Origin: a bacterium
Lineage (GTDB): Bacteria; Zhuqueibacterota; Zhuqueibacteria; Residuimicrobiales; Krinioviventaceae
Direction of reading: 5' to 3'
Assembly: GCA_963693055.1 (NCBI GenBank)
Contig: OY843751.1
Location: forward strand, 32,001 to 96,000
DNA: 64,000 bases
This document shows, in pieces, positions 49,652 through 60,369 of the stretch (positions are counted from its first letter, which is position 1; every line of letters begins with the position of its first letter). The translations under genes were made by a program, and so were the position numbers. The notes below the pieces were generated by a model, which was given only the letters and a program-made list of their open reading frames with translations, ran no database searches and had not been told where the DNA came from.

Positions 49652-51820
49652 TTATAATCTTCCCCGTAAGCCCAGGGTAAAGGCGCGCATGGGCATGAGG
49701 TTGCTTTCGCGTGGGGCATAGTTGTAATTCATCATATTGGTCACACCAAGCTGAAAAGTCAGCATTCTCCAGTCCACATCAATACGCGCGTCTACAAAAT
49801 GCATGGGTACACGTTCGTTAATGGGATAGATTTTGACTTCGGCAATCTCGCTGGCATAGCGGTAATCCAGTTGAAAATTGTACCTACCGGATCGGAGTGT
49901 GGTTTTGGCTGTGGCCAGCCAGTCCGGACGATAGGTGAGGGGCTCGTCATATTTGAGGTTCCGATGGTGCATATAGGTGACACTACCCTCGATGCCGGGG
50001 GTCATGCGGATGCCGAACAGTCGCACCGGAGTGCTGAATTTGGTCAGGAATTCCACGCCTTGAATGCGCGCACGTGGTATATTGCGGAACTGGATTTGTC
50101 CACGGATCAGGTCCAGATGCGCTTCAATCAGCTCCCAATAATCGTTGCGGAACAGGGATATGTCAAAATTCCAATCCTTGTTGATATACTGTCGCCATCC
50201 CAGATCATAGGCCCAGGAGCTTTCGGATTTGAGCTCGGGATTAGCTTTGATTTTGAAATTCATGACGGTCATTTCCAGGAAACGCTCGGTAATGGTTGCG
50301 GCCCGGAAACCGCTGCCCACAGACAGACGAAAGCTGGTGGGTTCCCATGGCTGCCAGTTGACACCAAAACGGGGACTAATCAAATCTTCCTTATCACCAC
50401 CAACGAGTTTATAACGATCGTAACGGAATCCTGTGGTGAGGCGCAGGTTTTCGCGTACTTTCCATTCGTCCTGAATATAGGGCCCGACAAAGTAACCGCT
50501 GTGCTTTCCAAAGTATTTGGTGCTGCCGGAATCGTCCTGGTACTGGGTTCCGACAGTGACCACATGGCCGAAAACCGGAATCCAGTTGGCCTGGATCTCG
50601 CCACCCTGCCCAATTGCAGGATCAAATTCCGCATCTTTGCCGAACTGGTTGCCAAGCAAAGAACGGTTCATGGATGCACGCATATCGATTGAAAATCGCG
50701 CGTTGAACGGCACCGAGAGTTTGGTATACAAGCTGAGTTGGTTAACCTCTGATCGATTGTCGAGATTGGACGGGTCGACCTGGTATGGATCGTTGGGGCC
50801 TTTCCACTGTACAAAAAAGCCCTTGTTGATTTTGCTGTATGCAGCGTAACCGGTCCATTTGATACCGTTTTTAAAACGGTAATCCACTTTACTGGTCAGA
50901 TTTTGTTTACGGAAATCACCCAGTTCGGTATAACCGGTAGACATGAAACGCCCTGCAGAAACGCGCACACCCAATTGTCCATAACGCTTGCTATAGCTGA
51001 CGTCTTCGCGGGTATAGTGCAATCGATTGGGATCGGTCCATTCCCACTCGCTGTACGCAGGCTTGTCGTATTTACCGGCAGAATACGAAAAGAGTAGTGC
51101 TCCTTCCGGGGACGGATCTTTGGTGATAATGTTTACCACACCGCCCAATGCAGAAGAACCCCAAAGGGTAGAACCCGCACCTTTGAGCACTTCAATCTGT
51201 TCAATGTCAAGCGGCGGCAGCATATCCCAGTTGAACGCGCCGGTATCGCTTGCGTAAACAGGTACGCCATCCAGTAACAGCAGGGTCTTGTTGCCCGCTC
51301 CGAATGTGAATCCCGTAGAACCACGTATATTGATCTGGTCACCAATAAAGTTAATGCCGGGGGCGGTTTCCAACGCTTCGATGATGCTGGTGGGATTACG
51401 GCGTTCAATCTCCTTGGACGAGACCACGGACATGGATACGCTGGCCTGGTCCAGTCGCATTTCGGTTTTACCGGCCAGCACCACAATGGGGTCGAATTCA
51501 AGTGTGGTCTGCTCGAGAATAAAATTTACATTGACTGTACGATTGGCCTGCACGGTGACTTTTTGATGGGAATCCGTACGGTAACCAATCATGGATGCCC
51601 GCAGCTTGTAGGTACCCGGCGGCAGGTTCGCGATGGTAAAGTTGCCGTCCATATCCGTACTGGCACCGCGTACAGTTCCGTCTACAATTACATTAACGGC
51701 TTGTAAAACATCGCCGGTTTCCTCGTCCTTGACTGTACCGGTGATTGTGCCGGTAATCGCCGCAAAGGAGATGTTGGATGCAAATAAAAGAATTGCTATA
51801 TATACTAATCTTTTCATCAT
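49652..51820 (-). CDS. TonB-dependent receptor with N-terminal carboxypeptidase-regulatory-like domain
   Basis: GTITGTVKD, plug NIRGS...LLLLDGVP, IEVLKGAGSTLWG..ALGGVVNIITK, barrel C-terminus. Confidence 0.93.
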   Translation of the reverse strand: MMKRLVYIAILLFASNISFAAITGTITGTVKDEETGDVLQAVNVIVDGTVRGASTDMDGNFTIANLPPGTYKLRASMIGYRTDSHQKVTVQANRTVNVNFILEQTTLEFDPIVVLAGKTEMRLDQASVSMSVVSSKEIERRNPTSIIEALETAPGINFIGDQINIRGSTGFTFGAGNKTLLLLDGVPVYASDTGAFNWDMLPPLDIEQIEVLKGAGSTLWGSSALGGVVNIITKDPSPEGALLFSYSAGKYDKPAYSEWEWTDPNRLHYTREDVSYSKRYGQLGVRVSAGRFMSTGYTELGDFRKQNLTSKVDYRFKNGIKWTGYAAYSKINKGFFVQWKGPNDPYQVDPSNLDNRSEVNQLSLYTKLSVPFNARFSIDMRASMNRSLLGNQFGKDAEFDPAIGQGGEIQANWIPVFGHVVTVGTQYQDDSGSTKYFGKHSGYFVGPYIQDEWKVRENLRLTTGFRYDRYKLVGGDKEDLISPRFGVNWQPWEPTSFRLSVGSGFRAATITERFLEMTVMNFKIKANPELKSESSWAYDLGWRQYINKDWNFDISLFRNDYWELIEAHLDLIRGQIQFRNIPRARIQGVEFLTKFSTPVRLFGIRMTPGIEGSVTYMHHRNLKYDEPLTYRPDWLATAKTTLRSGRYNFQLDYRYASEIAEVKIYPINERVPMHFVDARIDVDWRMLTFQLGVTNMMNYNYAPRESNLMPMRAFTLGLRGRL

Positions 51821-51833
51821 TGGATTTCCGTGC

Positions 51834-52637
51834 TTAATCATTGATATTGTCCCAGTCGGCGTGGATGTCAATATCTGTAGCTGTCTGGTCTTGTCGTAAA
51901 CGGAGTGTGCCAGGTGATGTCGAGTCTACCGGATCAACATAATAGCCAACGGTTTTGAAATCATCCAGACCTGAGCGATCAGAGAGCCAGAGTACTACCA
52001 CATATTTAATAATTGCAGGACCTTTGATTGGCAGTTTGTAGTGAAAAGGATTTTCGTCTACACTGAAATCCATGGATTTCAGATAGATGAGATGTTCAAG
52101 ATCGTTTGTCGGTCTCTGCGAATAAGCTGCAACTGCAGTGAGCAGGGTTGAATCCGGAAACGCACGGTCAAAATAGATTGTACCTTCTATGCTGGCATCT
52201 CTGTCGACCCGTTCCAGATTGGCCCACAGATCTGTCTGATGTACCGGTGCATTTTCTGTGATGTCAAACTCGTAGGGCAGCAGCTCATTGTTGAACTTTA
52301 ATGTGAAAAGATCGGCAAGGTTGGAGACGGTGTTTTTATTATACCACCACAGTCCAATTGCCTGATAATGTCCATAAGGTAATTCCATAGACGTGATAAC
52401 CGTATCCTCACCCAATGGCAGACTGTTGGGACTGAGAAACATTTCATTAATAGCGTGGGGAGGAAATTGGGGCGCTACAAATAAATAAACACCCTCTGTA
52501 TTTTCGGGTATATCCTCAGTGGAAAAATAAATATTCAAGTCCAACCTGCCGGGCAGGGGTTCAATGCCATGATTGTCACCGCACGACAAAAATATGGATG
52601 ATATGAATAAAGTTAATAAAAGATAAACGTATTTCAT
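51834..52637 (-). CDS. Lipoprotein with two related domains
   Basis: FLSC lipobox; QFPP, VGYY and DIDIHADW echo the 58304 lipoprotein. Confidence 0.75.
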   Translation of the reverse strand: MKYVYLLLTLFISSIFLSCGDNHGIEPLPGRLDLNIYFSTEDIPENTEGVYLFVAPQFPPHAINEMFLSPNSLPLGEDTVITSMELPYGHYQAIGLWWYNKNTVSNLADLFTLKFNNELLPYEFDITENAPVHQTDLWANLERVDRDASIEGTIYFDRAFPDSTLLTAVAAYSQRPTNDLEHLIYLKSMDFSVDENPFHYKLPIKGPAIIKYVVVLWLSDRSGLDDFKTVGYYVDPVDSTSPGTLRLRQDQTATDIDIHADWDNIND

Positions 52638-52668
52638 GTTCTTTCCTGATCCGTTTTGGATGTTTGGT

Positions 52669-54393
52669 TTAACGTACCATTATCAATTTTCGGGTTGAAA
52701 CGAAATTTTCTGTTGTTAACTTGTAAAAATATACACCCGTGGGTACAATGTCTCCGTTCATATTGGTACCGTTCCAGTACACATTGTGCTTCCCTTTTGA
52801 CAAATAGCTGTTAGCAAGCGTTGTGACCAATTGTCCCTGTGTATTGAATATTTCAAGCTTGGCATGTCCGTTTGCAGCCAGATTATATGTGATCCGTGTT
52901 GAGTGATTAAACGGATTGGGATAATTTTGAAATAGCTGATGGGTTGATATATGTTTAGAGTAATTGCTTTCTTTGACAGATACTTTGATTGAGCTTTTTA
53001 CTGCCAAGGTATCCAAAACATTATGATATAAAATATCGCCTTCAGACTGTGTCATGTTTGTTTGAGGAAGGAAAAATGCGGTATAGCCGAGATACAATGA
53101 TATCGTATCACCTATCATTGATTTAAAATTGACGCCAAAATCTCCATAGGATTTGTTGTCACCGGTATCCGGAATCGGGTCCTGACCTTGCGGGCCATCA
53201 GAGTTGTCATAATAGTAAAGGTGTGCTTCATCCCAATCTTTTTCTTCGTATTTTCCACAAATAAATACAGTACCCCAAGTTCCGGTCAACATACCCCATG
53301 TTGTTAAAGGGAGTTGGGGATTCCCAGGCATGTCAAGCGCATTGTTTACAATGTCCGGTTGTCCGTCAACCAGAATTTCATTATTATGAGGATTGACGAA
53401 TTTCATGCCTGTAACATTTTCATTAAAATCCCAGGAAAAACGCAGGCTGTCCGGATAAAAAGCAGCATCTGAAAAGGGAAAGAGTTCGCCAAAATCTTTT
53501 TTGTCCAGTTTTGCGCCACCCCAGATTGATGCACTGTACGGCGTCATTTTGGTTTTGACCCAGAAATAAAATTCATCAAAAATCAAGTTGTTGATTTGCA
53601 AGGTGTGTTTGGTTTGACGGATAACCCTGACCCGAGGATTTTTTGTATAATAGAATTCAGGGGCCGTATACAAGTATTGCTCGGTAGCATTAATGGGAAA
53701 GAATCCAATGCTTGCATCCAGTCTGCCATAAAAGCGTAATTTTAGAATATCAAACAAATCCGTACTGCTTTCAATACCATTTTTGTGAATAAAAATATCA
53801 TCCACCACACCATTGGGGCTGAATCCCAAAGTATATTTTGATGTTTTAACAGCGTCAGATTCGGTTAGATATTCCATATTGTATGGTGAGGGGATATCAT
53901 TTTGATCAAGTGTATTAGATCTGTATAAATACAAGTAGGCAAGTTGGTCTGTATTTACCGGATTATAAACTTTTACTTCTAACCTTTTATTGTTTTTAGA
54001 ATCCGGGTCATCTATCCAGGAACTGTCGGGGGCCTGATCTCCGAGATCGTTGACCATAAAAACCAGTTCGTCGTGATCATCAAATATTTTGTTATGGTCT
54101 AAAATTCCCGCATCATGCAATTCCGGGTAAATAAAATATGTCCATCGATCCAAACCATTTATGGGATCAGCTGCCCAGGTTTGTTCGTCAATTTGAAATG
54201 GCACCAAGGTCCATGTGTCATTTTCAGCATTATATGAATAAGCATAAATTTCATTTATTGGAGTCTCTAACAGATCTGGAAAATAGTATGCATGATAAGC
54301 AACTGTTGAATACTGAAAATCCTCTTGCAGAGTCCCTGCGTATAAACCTGCTGTTAATAGCATATATAGGGTTATGTAGAATATGTTTTTCAT
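52669..54393 (-). CDS. Secreted uncharacterised protein with FlgD-like C-terminal sorting domain (paralog 1)
   Basis: Signal peptide; VPFQIDE, DELVFM..DLGD, DTGDNKSYGD; QNYPNPFN...WNG...GVYFYKL. Confidence 0.8.
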   Translation of the reverse strand: MKNIFYITLYMLLTAGLYAGTLQEDFQYSTVAYHAYYFPDLLETPINEIYAYSYNAENDTWTLVPFQIDEQTWAADPINGLDRWTYFIYPELHDAGILDHNKIFDDHDELVFMVNDLGDQAPDSSWIDDPDSKNNKRLEVKVYNPVNTDQLAYLYLYRSNTLDQNDIPSPYNMEYLTESDAVKTSKYTLGFSPNGVVDDIFIHKNGIESSTDLFDILKLRFYGRLDASIGFFPINATEQYLYTAPEFYYTKNPRVRVIRQTKHTLQINNLIFDEFYFWVKTKMTPYSASIWGGAKLDKKDFGELFPFSDAAFYPDSLRFSWDFNENVTGMKFVNPHNNEILVDGQPDIVNNALDMPGNPQLPLTTWGMLTGTWGTVFICGKYEEKDWDEAHLYYYDNSDGPQGQDPIPDTGDNKSYGDFGVNFKSMIGDTISLYLGYTAFFLPQTNMTQSEGDILYHNVLDTLAVKSSIKVSVKESNYSKHISTHQLFQNYPNPFNHSTRITYNLAANGHAKLEIFNTQGQLVTTLANSYLSKGKHNVYWNGTNMNGDIVPTGVYFYKLTTENFVSTRKLIMVR

Positions 54394-54462
54394 GATAGGT
54401 CCTTTTGATTATTTAACAATTCTAAACAATCGAAGCAAGTTATATGTTCCTGGCGATACTAT

Positions 54463-56148
54463 TTAATTCATGATCAGCAGTTTGCCTGACAACTGTTGAT
54501 TGGTACCGGTTACGCGGTAAAAATAGATACCCTGACTGACCGGCTGTCCGTTTAGACCCTTACCATCCCAGGAAAGTGCCTGAGAGGATTCGGGAATGAG
54601 GCTGATATTGTTGAATTGCATGACCTTTTGCCCCAGTATATTGTATATACTCAATTGAACATTCTTTTGCAAGTTAATATTCTGAAAAGAAAAGGTAACA
54701 TTTCCATTGCCAACTTGATATGGATTCGGGTATGCCGCATTGAGCTCAAAATCCAATGGTTGTATTGTGTTGTCAGCGATATTTGTGGATACATATTCCT
54801 GTTCTGCTACAGATAAGGTGAGTGGATTCAGGTGCTGTTCTGTAAGCAGATCACCCAGTTCTGCGGCATGCTGGCGCATATCCTGATTGATAAAATAGAG
54901 CGAATAGCGAAAAAAGACCTGGCTGATTTTAAGGCCGTCGCTGGTTGTCTTGCTCCACATTCCCATATCTCCATAGGATTTCTGGTCGCCGGTATCGTCT
55001 GATCCGTCTTTGGAGCCGCCGTTTTTGTCGTCATAGTAAAACAGGGTGGTGTTGCCGCGTTCCACCTCGGGCATTTGCAGCATTAAAATGACCGTACCCT
55101 TTTCGCCGGTTGCCATCATCCAGTTTAACGCAAAAGGTTCGTCTACAATTGCTTCGGGAGTATCCGGTTCACCATCAATGGCAAATCCATTACGGTTTTT
55201 GTTGCTGTAATAGGTCATGCGAGAGGCATTGGGAGACATGTCCAGTGACAAACGTATAAAATTAACACGAACCTGGCCCAGAAACGCACCGCCAATGTTC
55301 AGATCTACCTCTCCCTGGATCGAATAGGGGAAATATTGCAGTTTGGGGTCCAAATCCAGATCAAGACTCAGAACGGACAGATCCACCTTGAACTTGTCGC
55401 GAATATCTCTGAACAACCGGACCTCTCCCGGAAACGCGGATACCGGAGAGCCCTCGGCGGTATCGGTTTTGGGCGTAATGCTGTTCTCGTTGATCTTGAT
55501 GTCTGTGGGTATTAACGTAGAGGTTGCATCAAAACGCATTTTCAGGCGGTCAAGCAGGTCAAGATCGGAATTGTTGTCAAAAGTCAGATAATTGAAAAAA
55601 CCATTGTTTTGATGTGCCAGTTTGTAATAACGGCTGAAAACCGTGTCTGCTGCTGAAACAGAAGGATTTGGCGGGGGAGTGTAATCAAAATAGCCGTTAT
55701 GCAATGCTATTTCAACTACATTTTTGTAAAGATATACCCATCCCTGTTTTGAAGCGTCAAGGGGATCGGTAAATTCCAGTTCCAGGCGTGTATCTGTTTC
55801 AGGATCTGCGTCAACAAGCCATTCTGAAGCAGGGGCTTTATCGCCCAGATCACCCGGCATGAACACCAATTCGTCTTCTGCTCCGATGATGGGATTGATA
55901 GAGGCTACAGTGTGTTCGTAACCGCCATTTGATTTGATGTCGTCGATCTGAAAGGGTACGCTTTTCCACGAGCTAGTGGATTGGTCATAAACCCAGGCGC
56001 TCCAAACCGCACGTTCGCTGCCGGCAATGGGTGCCTCCAGATCGCTAAGGACGATAGGTGTATACTGGCGATCAAGTGTTTTTGTTTGTGAAAAGGCTGT
56101 TCCCAAAAACAAAAAAACAGAAAATAGTATTAATATCATTCGTTTCAT
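54463..56148 (-). CDS. Secreted uncharacterised protein with FlgD-like C-terminal sorting domain (paralog 2)
   Basis: VPFQIDD, DELVFMPGDLGD, DTGDQKSYGD; AYPNP...WDG...GIYFYRV. Confidence 0.8.
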   Translation of the reverse strand: MKRMILILFSVFLFLGTAFSQTKTLDRQYTPIVLSDLEAPIAGSERAVWSAWVYDQSTSSWKSVPFQIDDIKSNGGYEHTVASINPIIGAEDELVFMPGDLGDKAPASEWLVDADPETDTRLELEFTDPLDASKQGWVYLYKNVVEIALHNGYFDYTPPPNPSVSAADTVFSRYYKLAHQNNGFFNYLTFDNNSDLDLLDRLKMRFDATSTLIPTDIKINENSITPKTDTAEGSPVSAFPGEVRLFRDIRDKFKVDLSVLSLDLDLDPKLQYFPYSIQGEVDLNIGGAFLGQVRVNFIRLSLDMSPNASRMTYYSNKNRNGFAIDGEPDTPEAIVDEPFALNWMMATGEKGTVILMLQMPEVERGNTTLFYYDDKNGGSKDGSDDTGDQKSYGDMGMWSKTTSDGLKISQVFFRYSLYFINQDMRQHAAELGDLLTEQHLNPLTLSVAEQEYVSTNIADNTIQPLDFELNAAYPNPYQVGNGNVTFSFQNINLQKNVQLSIYNILGQKVMQFNNISLIPESSQALSWDGKGLNGQPVSQGIYFYRVTGTNQQLSGKLLIMN

Positions 56149-56158
56149 ATCAGACTCC

Positions 56159-58303
56159 TTAAAAGTCTCCGCTTACCGAGAACATGAAATTACGGATCTC
56201 TCCCAGCACACGTTCGGAAACCGTATAGTTGTAATTTAATGCGTTCTTTATCTGTATTTGAAATGTCAATGCATTCCAGCGGTAATTCAATCGAATGTCC
56301 CAGATTTTTGTAGGTACTTTTTCATCAAGGGGATACACGGCCACTTTTTTGATTTCACTCATGTAGCGGTAATCTGCTTCAAGCGCAAAGGGACCGTAAT
56401 AGAGGCCCGGTGAAATATATCCTAAAAATTTTGCACGATAAATCAGTGGCTCGTCTGTTTCAAGATCTTTGGGGTCCATATAGGTGGCAGAAGCCTGCAA
56501 TTTTATATGGTCTTGCCACAGGTCCCAGCGCATTTCAGCTTCTACGCCCGTAATTCTGGCCCGGGGATAGTTGAGAAATTGTGCAGTCAAGTCAGATTTT
56601 AATGTAGGTTCTATGAGATGTTTGTATGTGCTATTGAAAAAAGTAACTTCTGCATAGGCTTTTTTACCAATATTTTGCCGTACACCTATATCAAACAGTT
56701 TTGACCTTTCCGGCATCAAATCCGGATTCGGCAGCGCTTTAAAATCGCTTGATCCCGCAGAGATAAATCGCTCAACAACCGTTGCGGCACGGAATCCCAT
56801 GCCCCATGAAGCATGTAGAACCGTTCCCAGCAGAGGTTGATAGCTTGCACCGATCTTGGGAGATGCTTGCCATTCGGTTGAATCTCCAACCAGCGTATAG
56901 GTATCCAATCGCACTCCGGTATTGATCTGCAGCAGGTTGGTGATCTGCCAGATTTCCTGCAAATATGGTGAAATGCCATTGGCGTAGCGTTGGCCGTAAT
57001 ATTGGGATTCTACCTCATCATATTTGTAATCCACACCCATGGACAAGCTATGGTCCGGATGGGGCTTCCAGTTGACTTGAGCTTCACCGCTTAATCCCAG
57101 CGCCGGCGTAAAAGCACTGGTTATATTAAAGGGTACACCTACAAGCTGCTGATTATAAGATAACCGGGCTTTGGTGGATAGTGTGGGGGAGAATAGTTTG
57201 TTAAATACCGCATAGCCAACAAAGCCGTCAATGGTGTATCGGTTGCCCAACTCGGTTGGCGGGACCTTGAGTGCCTGGTCCTGTTCCAGCCATTGTAGAA
57301 ACAGTTCGCGATCATCAATACTGTAAGTGGAGAACAGGGTTAATGTGGATTGCCCCGGAAGCTGGATATGGGACTTGCCGGTAAAGTACCAGCGTTCAAA
57401 AAATCCATTTTGCCTGTCACCGGTGGATTTGTGATGAGAAACCGCCAGGCGCAGTCCAACCGGGCCATAGCTGTCTGACAAGCTGACATCCGTTCTCTGG
57501 TAATACAGGGACTCGTTGGTCCATTTCCATTCGGGAACAGATGGCTCGTCATAAATACCGGCGCTTTGCCGGAAGGATACACTCAGGTCGTTAGACGGCA
57601 TCTTTGTGAAAATATTGATCACACCGCTAAGCGCACCTGATCCGTATAAGGAAGATGCCGCACCTTTGAGTACTTCCATGTGCTCAATTTCTGTAACGGG
57701 CAGAATGTTCCAGTTGGCCGTACCCAGATCACTGGTTAAGATGGGCACGCCATCTAATAGCACCAGTGAACGGCTGCCGCCTAAACGATTGTAACCAGAA
57801 CCACCCCGAATATTTACGTTTTCACCGACAATAGTTACTCCCGGAACACTGAGCAAGGCATCATCGATACGAAATGCGTTGCGCCGTTTAATATCCCGCT
57901 GCCCCAGAATATTGATGCTGGAAGCCGCCGAGGCAAGTGTTTCCGGCTGTCTTGAGCCGGTAACCACAATCTGTTCGGTCTGTAGTGTGGTGGGTGCCAG
58001 AATAAAATCATGTATTACCGTCTGGTTGGCACGTACTGTGATGTTTGCTGTTTGTGTGCCATAGCCCATGAAACTGGCTTTGATAGTGTACGACCCGGGT
58101 TGAATACGAATTGTGTAATTGCCTTTTTCGTCCGTTCCGGAACCAATAAAGGTGTTTTCGATAAACACATTGGCTCCTGGTAGAAAACCTTTTGTATCAA
58201 CCGCACGCAAGGTTCCTTTGATAGTACCGGTAACAGCTGCAGACAGGCTGCAGGTGGTTATAGTAATGATTGTTAGTGCAATATAAATTTTGTTCCGCAT
58301 CAT
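56159..58303 (-). CDS. TonB-dependent receptor (paralog of 49652-51820)
   Basis: IVVTGSR, NIRGGSG, LLDGVP, VLKGAASSLYGSGALSGVINI, terminal Phe. Confidence 0.93.
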   Translation of the reverse strand: MMRNKIYIALTIITITTCSLSAAVTGTIKGTLRAVDTKGFLPGANVFIENTFIGSGTDEKGNYTIRIQPGSYTIKASFMGYGTQTANITVRANQTVIHDFILAPTTLQTEQIVVTGSRQPETLASAASSINILGQRDIKRRNAFRIDDALLSVPGVTIVGENVNIRGGSGYNRLGGSRSLVLLDGVPILTSDLGTANWNILPVTEIEHMEVLKGAASSLYGSGALSGVINIFTKMPSNDLSVSFRQSAGIYDEPSVPEWKWTNESLYYQRTDVSLSDSYGPVGLRLAVSHHKSTGDRQNGFFERWYFTGKSHIQLPGQSTLTLFSTYSIDDRELFLQWLEQDQALKVPPTELGNRYTIDGFVGYAVFNKLFSPTLSTKARLSYNQQLVGVPFNITSAFTPALGLSGEAQVNWKPHPDHSLSMGVDYKYDEVESQYYGQRYANGISPYLQEIWQITNLLQINTGVRLDTYTLVGDSTEWQASPKIGASYQPLLGTVLHASWGMGFRAATVVERFISAGSSDFKALPNPDLMPERSKLFDIGVRQNIGKKAYAEVTFFNSTYKHLIEPTLKSDLTAQFLNYPRARITGVEAEMRWDLWQDHIKLQASATYMDPKDLETDEPLIYRAKFLGYISPGLYYGPFALEADYRYMSEIKKVAVYPLDEKVPTKIWDIRLNYRWNALTFQIQIKNALNYNYTVSERVLGEIRNFMFSVSGDF

Positions 58304-58774
58304 TTACTCCTCATCCGGTAAAAGTGACCAGTCGCAAATAATGTCGATTCCCGTGGCAACGGGATGGTGTTTGGACAGGGTGATAGTCGTTTCCTTACTT
58401 TCCCAGGTAACGGGATCAAAACCATAATATCCCAGCCATTTTAAATAATCCCATTCTTTACCCTTGACCTTGTACACGGCAACAATCAAGTGGTAGGTGC
58501 CAAGAGGAGCAGGAATATAATAATCCGGTTCGGTTTTGCTCAAATTGACCGAACGATTGGTGAAAACCACATCGCCCAGGGATTCGGGCGGAAAGTTCAC
58601 CACACCCACAATACGTACAGATTCTACATAATCCGGTTTTTGGTCGGGATTCAACAGGATGATTTTACCCGAGATGCGGGAATCCATTGTGCCCAATCCT
58701 TGATCGATTTCGCACGATAGCCAGAGCAAGGGTGATAAAAGTAAAAATAATCGGAATATTGTCAAAAGACGCAT
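58304..58774 (-). CDS. Lipoprotein
   Basis: WLSC lipobox; NFPP, LGYY, GIDIICDW. Confidence 0.75.
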   Translation of the reverse strand: MRLLTIFRLFLLLSPLLWLSCEIDQGLGTMDSRISGKIILLNPDQKPDYVESVRIVGVVNFPPESLGDVVFTNRSVNLSKTEPDYYIPAPLGTYHLIVAVYKVKGKEWDYLKWLGYYGFDPVTWESKETTITLSKHHPVATGIDIICDWSLLPDEE

Positions 58775-58956
58775 ATAAATCCTGTTTTATGAGTATTGAA
58801 CTGCTCATTTAACGAATTTTTGGAAAAACAAATTCCGATCTGGATCACAAAATGGTTAATTTTATAATAAATAAAAGATTTTATTTATTTAAGCAAAGAT
58901 ACTGTAAATATTGGGGAAAAGGGTTGTTAGGAGGTCAATGTATTGAAAGAGTGAGA

Positions 58957-58983
58957 AAATCCGGGTGAATTTCACCCGGATTT
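58957..58983. terminator. Terminator-like perfect palindrome
   Basis: AAATCCGGGTGAA-T-TTCACCCGGATTT directly after the stop at 58985. Confidence 0.65.
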
Positions 58984-58984
58984 A

Positions 58985-60085
58985 TTATTTTTGAGTTTGT
59001 GGAAAAGAAAGCTGAATCTTGCTGGGTTCATATGCTTTACCCTCGTCCGGTGTAGACAAACCGAATGGGCGCATATCTTTGGTCAATTTCCTCAATTGGT
59101 TGCTGAAATCAATATAGCCCAAGTAATTGATATCGATCATGAGTAATTTTTTAATTTTTTCTTTGAATGCAGCCGCTTCTGTAGCTTCCTCTTCGCTATA
59201 AACCATATTGGTTACCATTTTGGGTTTAAAACTTTGAATGGTAGCCATAAAAAATGACGCAGCGCGAGGGTCGAAATTTTGTATTTTTTCAAATACAGAG
59301 TAGAGTGAGTTTTCGTATTTTTGCCAATCCCAATGTTCAAATTCTTTGATCTTGGCAGTAGAAAATTCACAGAAATCAAGCGCTTTAAGTAATTTGCGAA
59401 TTATACTGACCCGTATAAAGTTGAACGCATCCATAAAAGATGTAGGATCCGGGATGGTCACAATGATACCATTGTCACACGCCAGAAATAAATCAATCGT
59501 CTGATAAGAAACACCAGGACTCATGTCAACCAGAACAAAATCCGCTTCAAGCTGATGTAAGTGTCTGTGGAATTTGCTTCTGCTAAAGAAATTGGGATTC
59601 GAGTGTGCAATGTTTGCAATCTCTCCACCAATCAGTTGTACATTGGGATAAGGGGTTTCAACCAGCAATTGTTGAAGTTTTACACCTTTGTATTGAAAAA
59701 AGGTGTTTAACGTGATGGGGGGCCTGCTAACACCTACCCATTCATGCAGATCGGGGCCACCAAGATCAGCATCCACAATGATCACTTTTTTGCCAAGGGC
59801 TCCCAGTTCTATTGCCATTGAAGCGGTTATTGCAGTTTTTCCTACACCGCCTTTGCCGCTGGCAAACGCGTAAACCTTGGACCTCCCGGTTTTCTTTTTC
59901 ATTTTGTCGAAATAAGGTTTAAATTGCTCAATCTTGCCAATGGGTGTCCATTCATTTGTTTTAGGAGTCCAGACAAGATCCCGGTCGGTGGAGAGACCTT
60001 CTTCTATAAACCAGGGGGCATCAGTAGTTTTTAGTGGGCCGTATCGATACTGCGGTGTTTTAATGTATAAAGCATCCATTTCCAT
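58985..60085 (-). CDS. MinD/FleN(FlhG)-like P-loop ATPase with N-terminal GYF_2-like extension
   Basis: SGKGGVGKT deviant Walker A, VDADLGG, VD..PG, PDPTSF.DA. Confidence 0.85.
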   Translation of the reverse strand: MEMDALYIKTPQYRYGPLKTTDAPWFIEEGLSTDRDLVWTPKTNEWTPIGKIEQFKPYFDKMKKKTGRSKVYAFASGKGGVGKTAITASMAIELGALGKKVIIVDADLGGPDLHEWVGVSRPPITLNTFFQYKGVKLQQLLVETPYPNVQLIGGEIANIAHSNPNFFSRSKFHRHLHQLEADFVLVDMSPGVSYQTIDLFLACDNGIIVTIPDPTSFMDAFNFIRVSIIRKLLKALDFCEFSTAKIKEFEHWDWQKYENSLYSVFEKIQNFDPRAASFFMATIQSFKPKMVTNMVYSEEEATEAAAFKEKIKKLLMIDINYLGYIDFSNQLRKLTKDMRPFGLSTPDEGKAYEPSKIQLSFPQTQK

Positions 60086-60325
60086 TTTTTCTCTTTATTT
60101 TACAAGTACGAAAATGTAATACAATAATTATACCACGTATTTGACGACATTTTGTAACAATTGTTCCCCAAAAGCAACACTGACTTTTAAGAGCCAAACT
60201 GTTGTTTTGTAATGATTAAGGTGTGATCAGTGTGTAAATCCCCGCATCACATCTGTGTGTATAATATACAAAAAAATGGACACAGATGCCACACTTTTAT
60301 TTGCATATGGACATGTTAAAAAAGG

Positions 60326-60354
60326 TTGACAAAAACATAAAAAGTTCTTATATT
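60326..60354 (+). promoter_or_regulatory. Sigma70 promoter of the tRNA operon
   Basis: TTGACA-17 nt-TATATT, 15 nt before tRNA-Glu. Confidence 0.8.
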
Positions 60355-60369
60355 TTCTAGCTAACAGTT

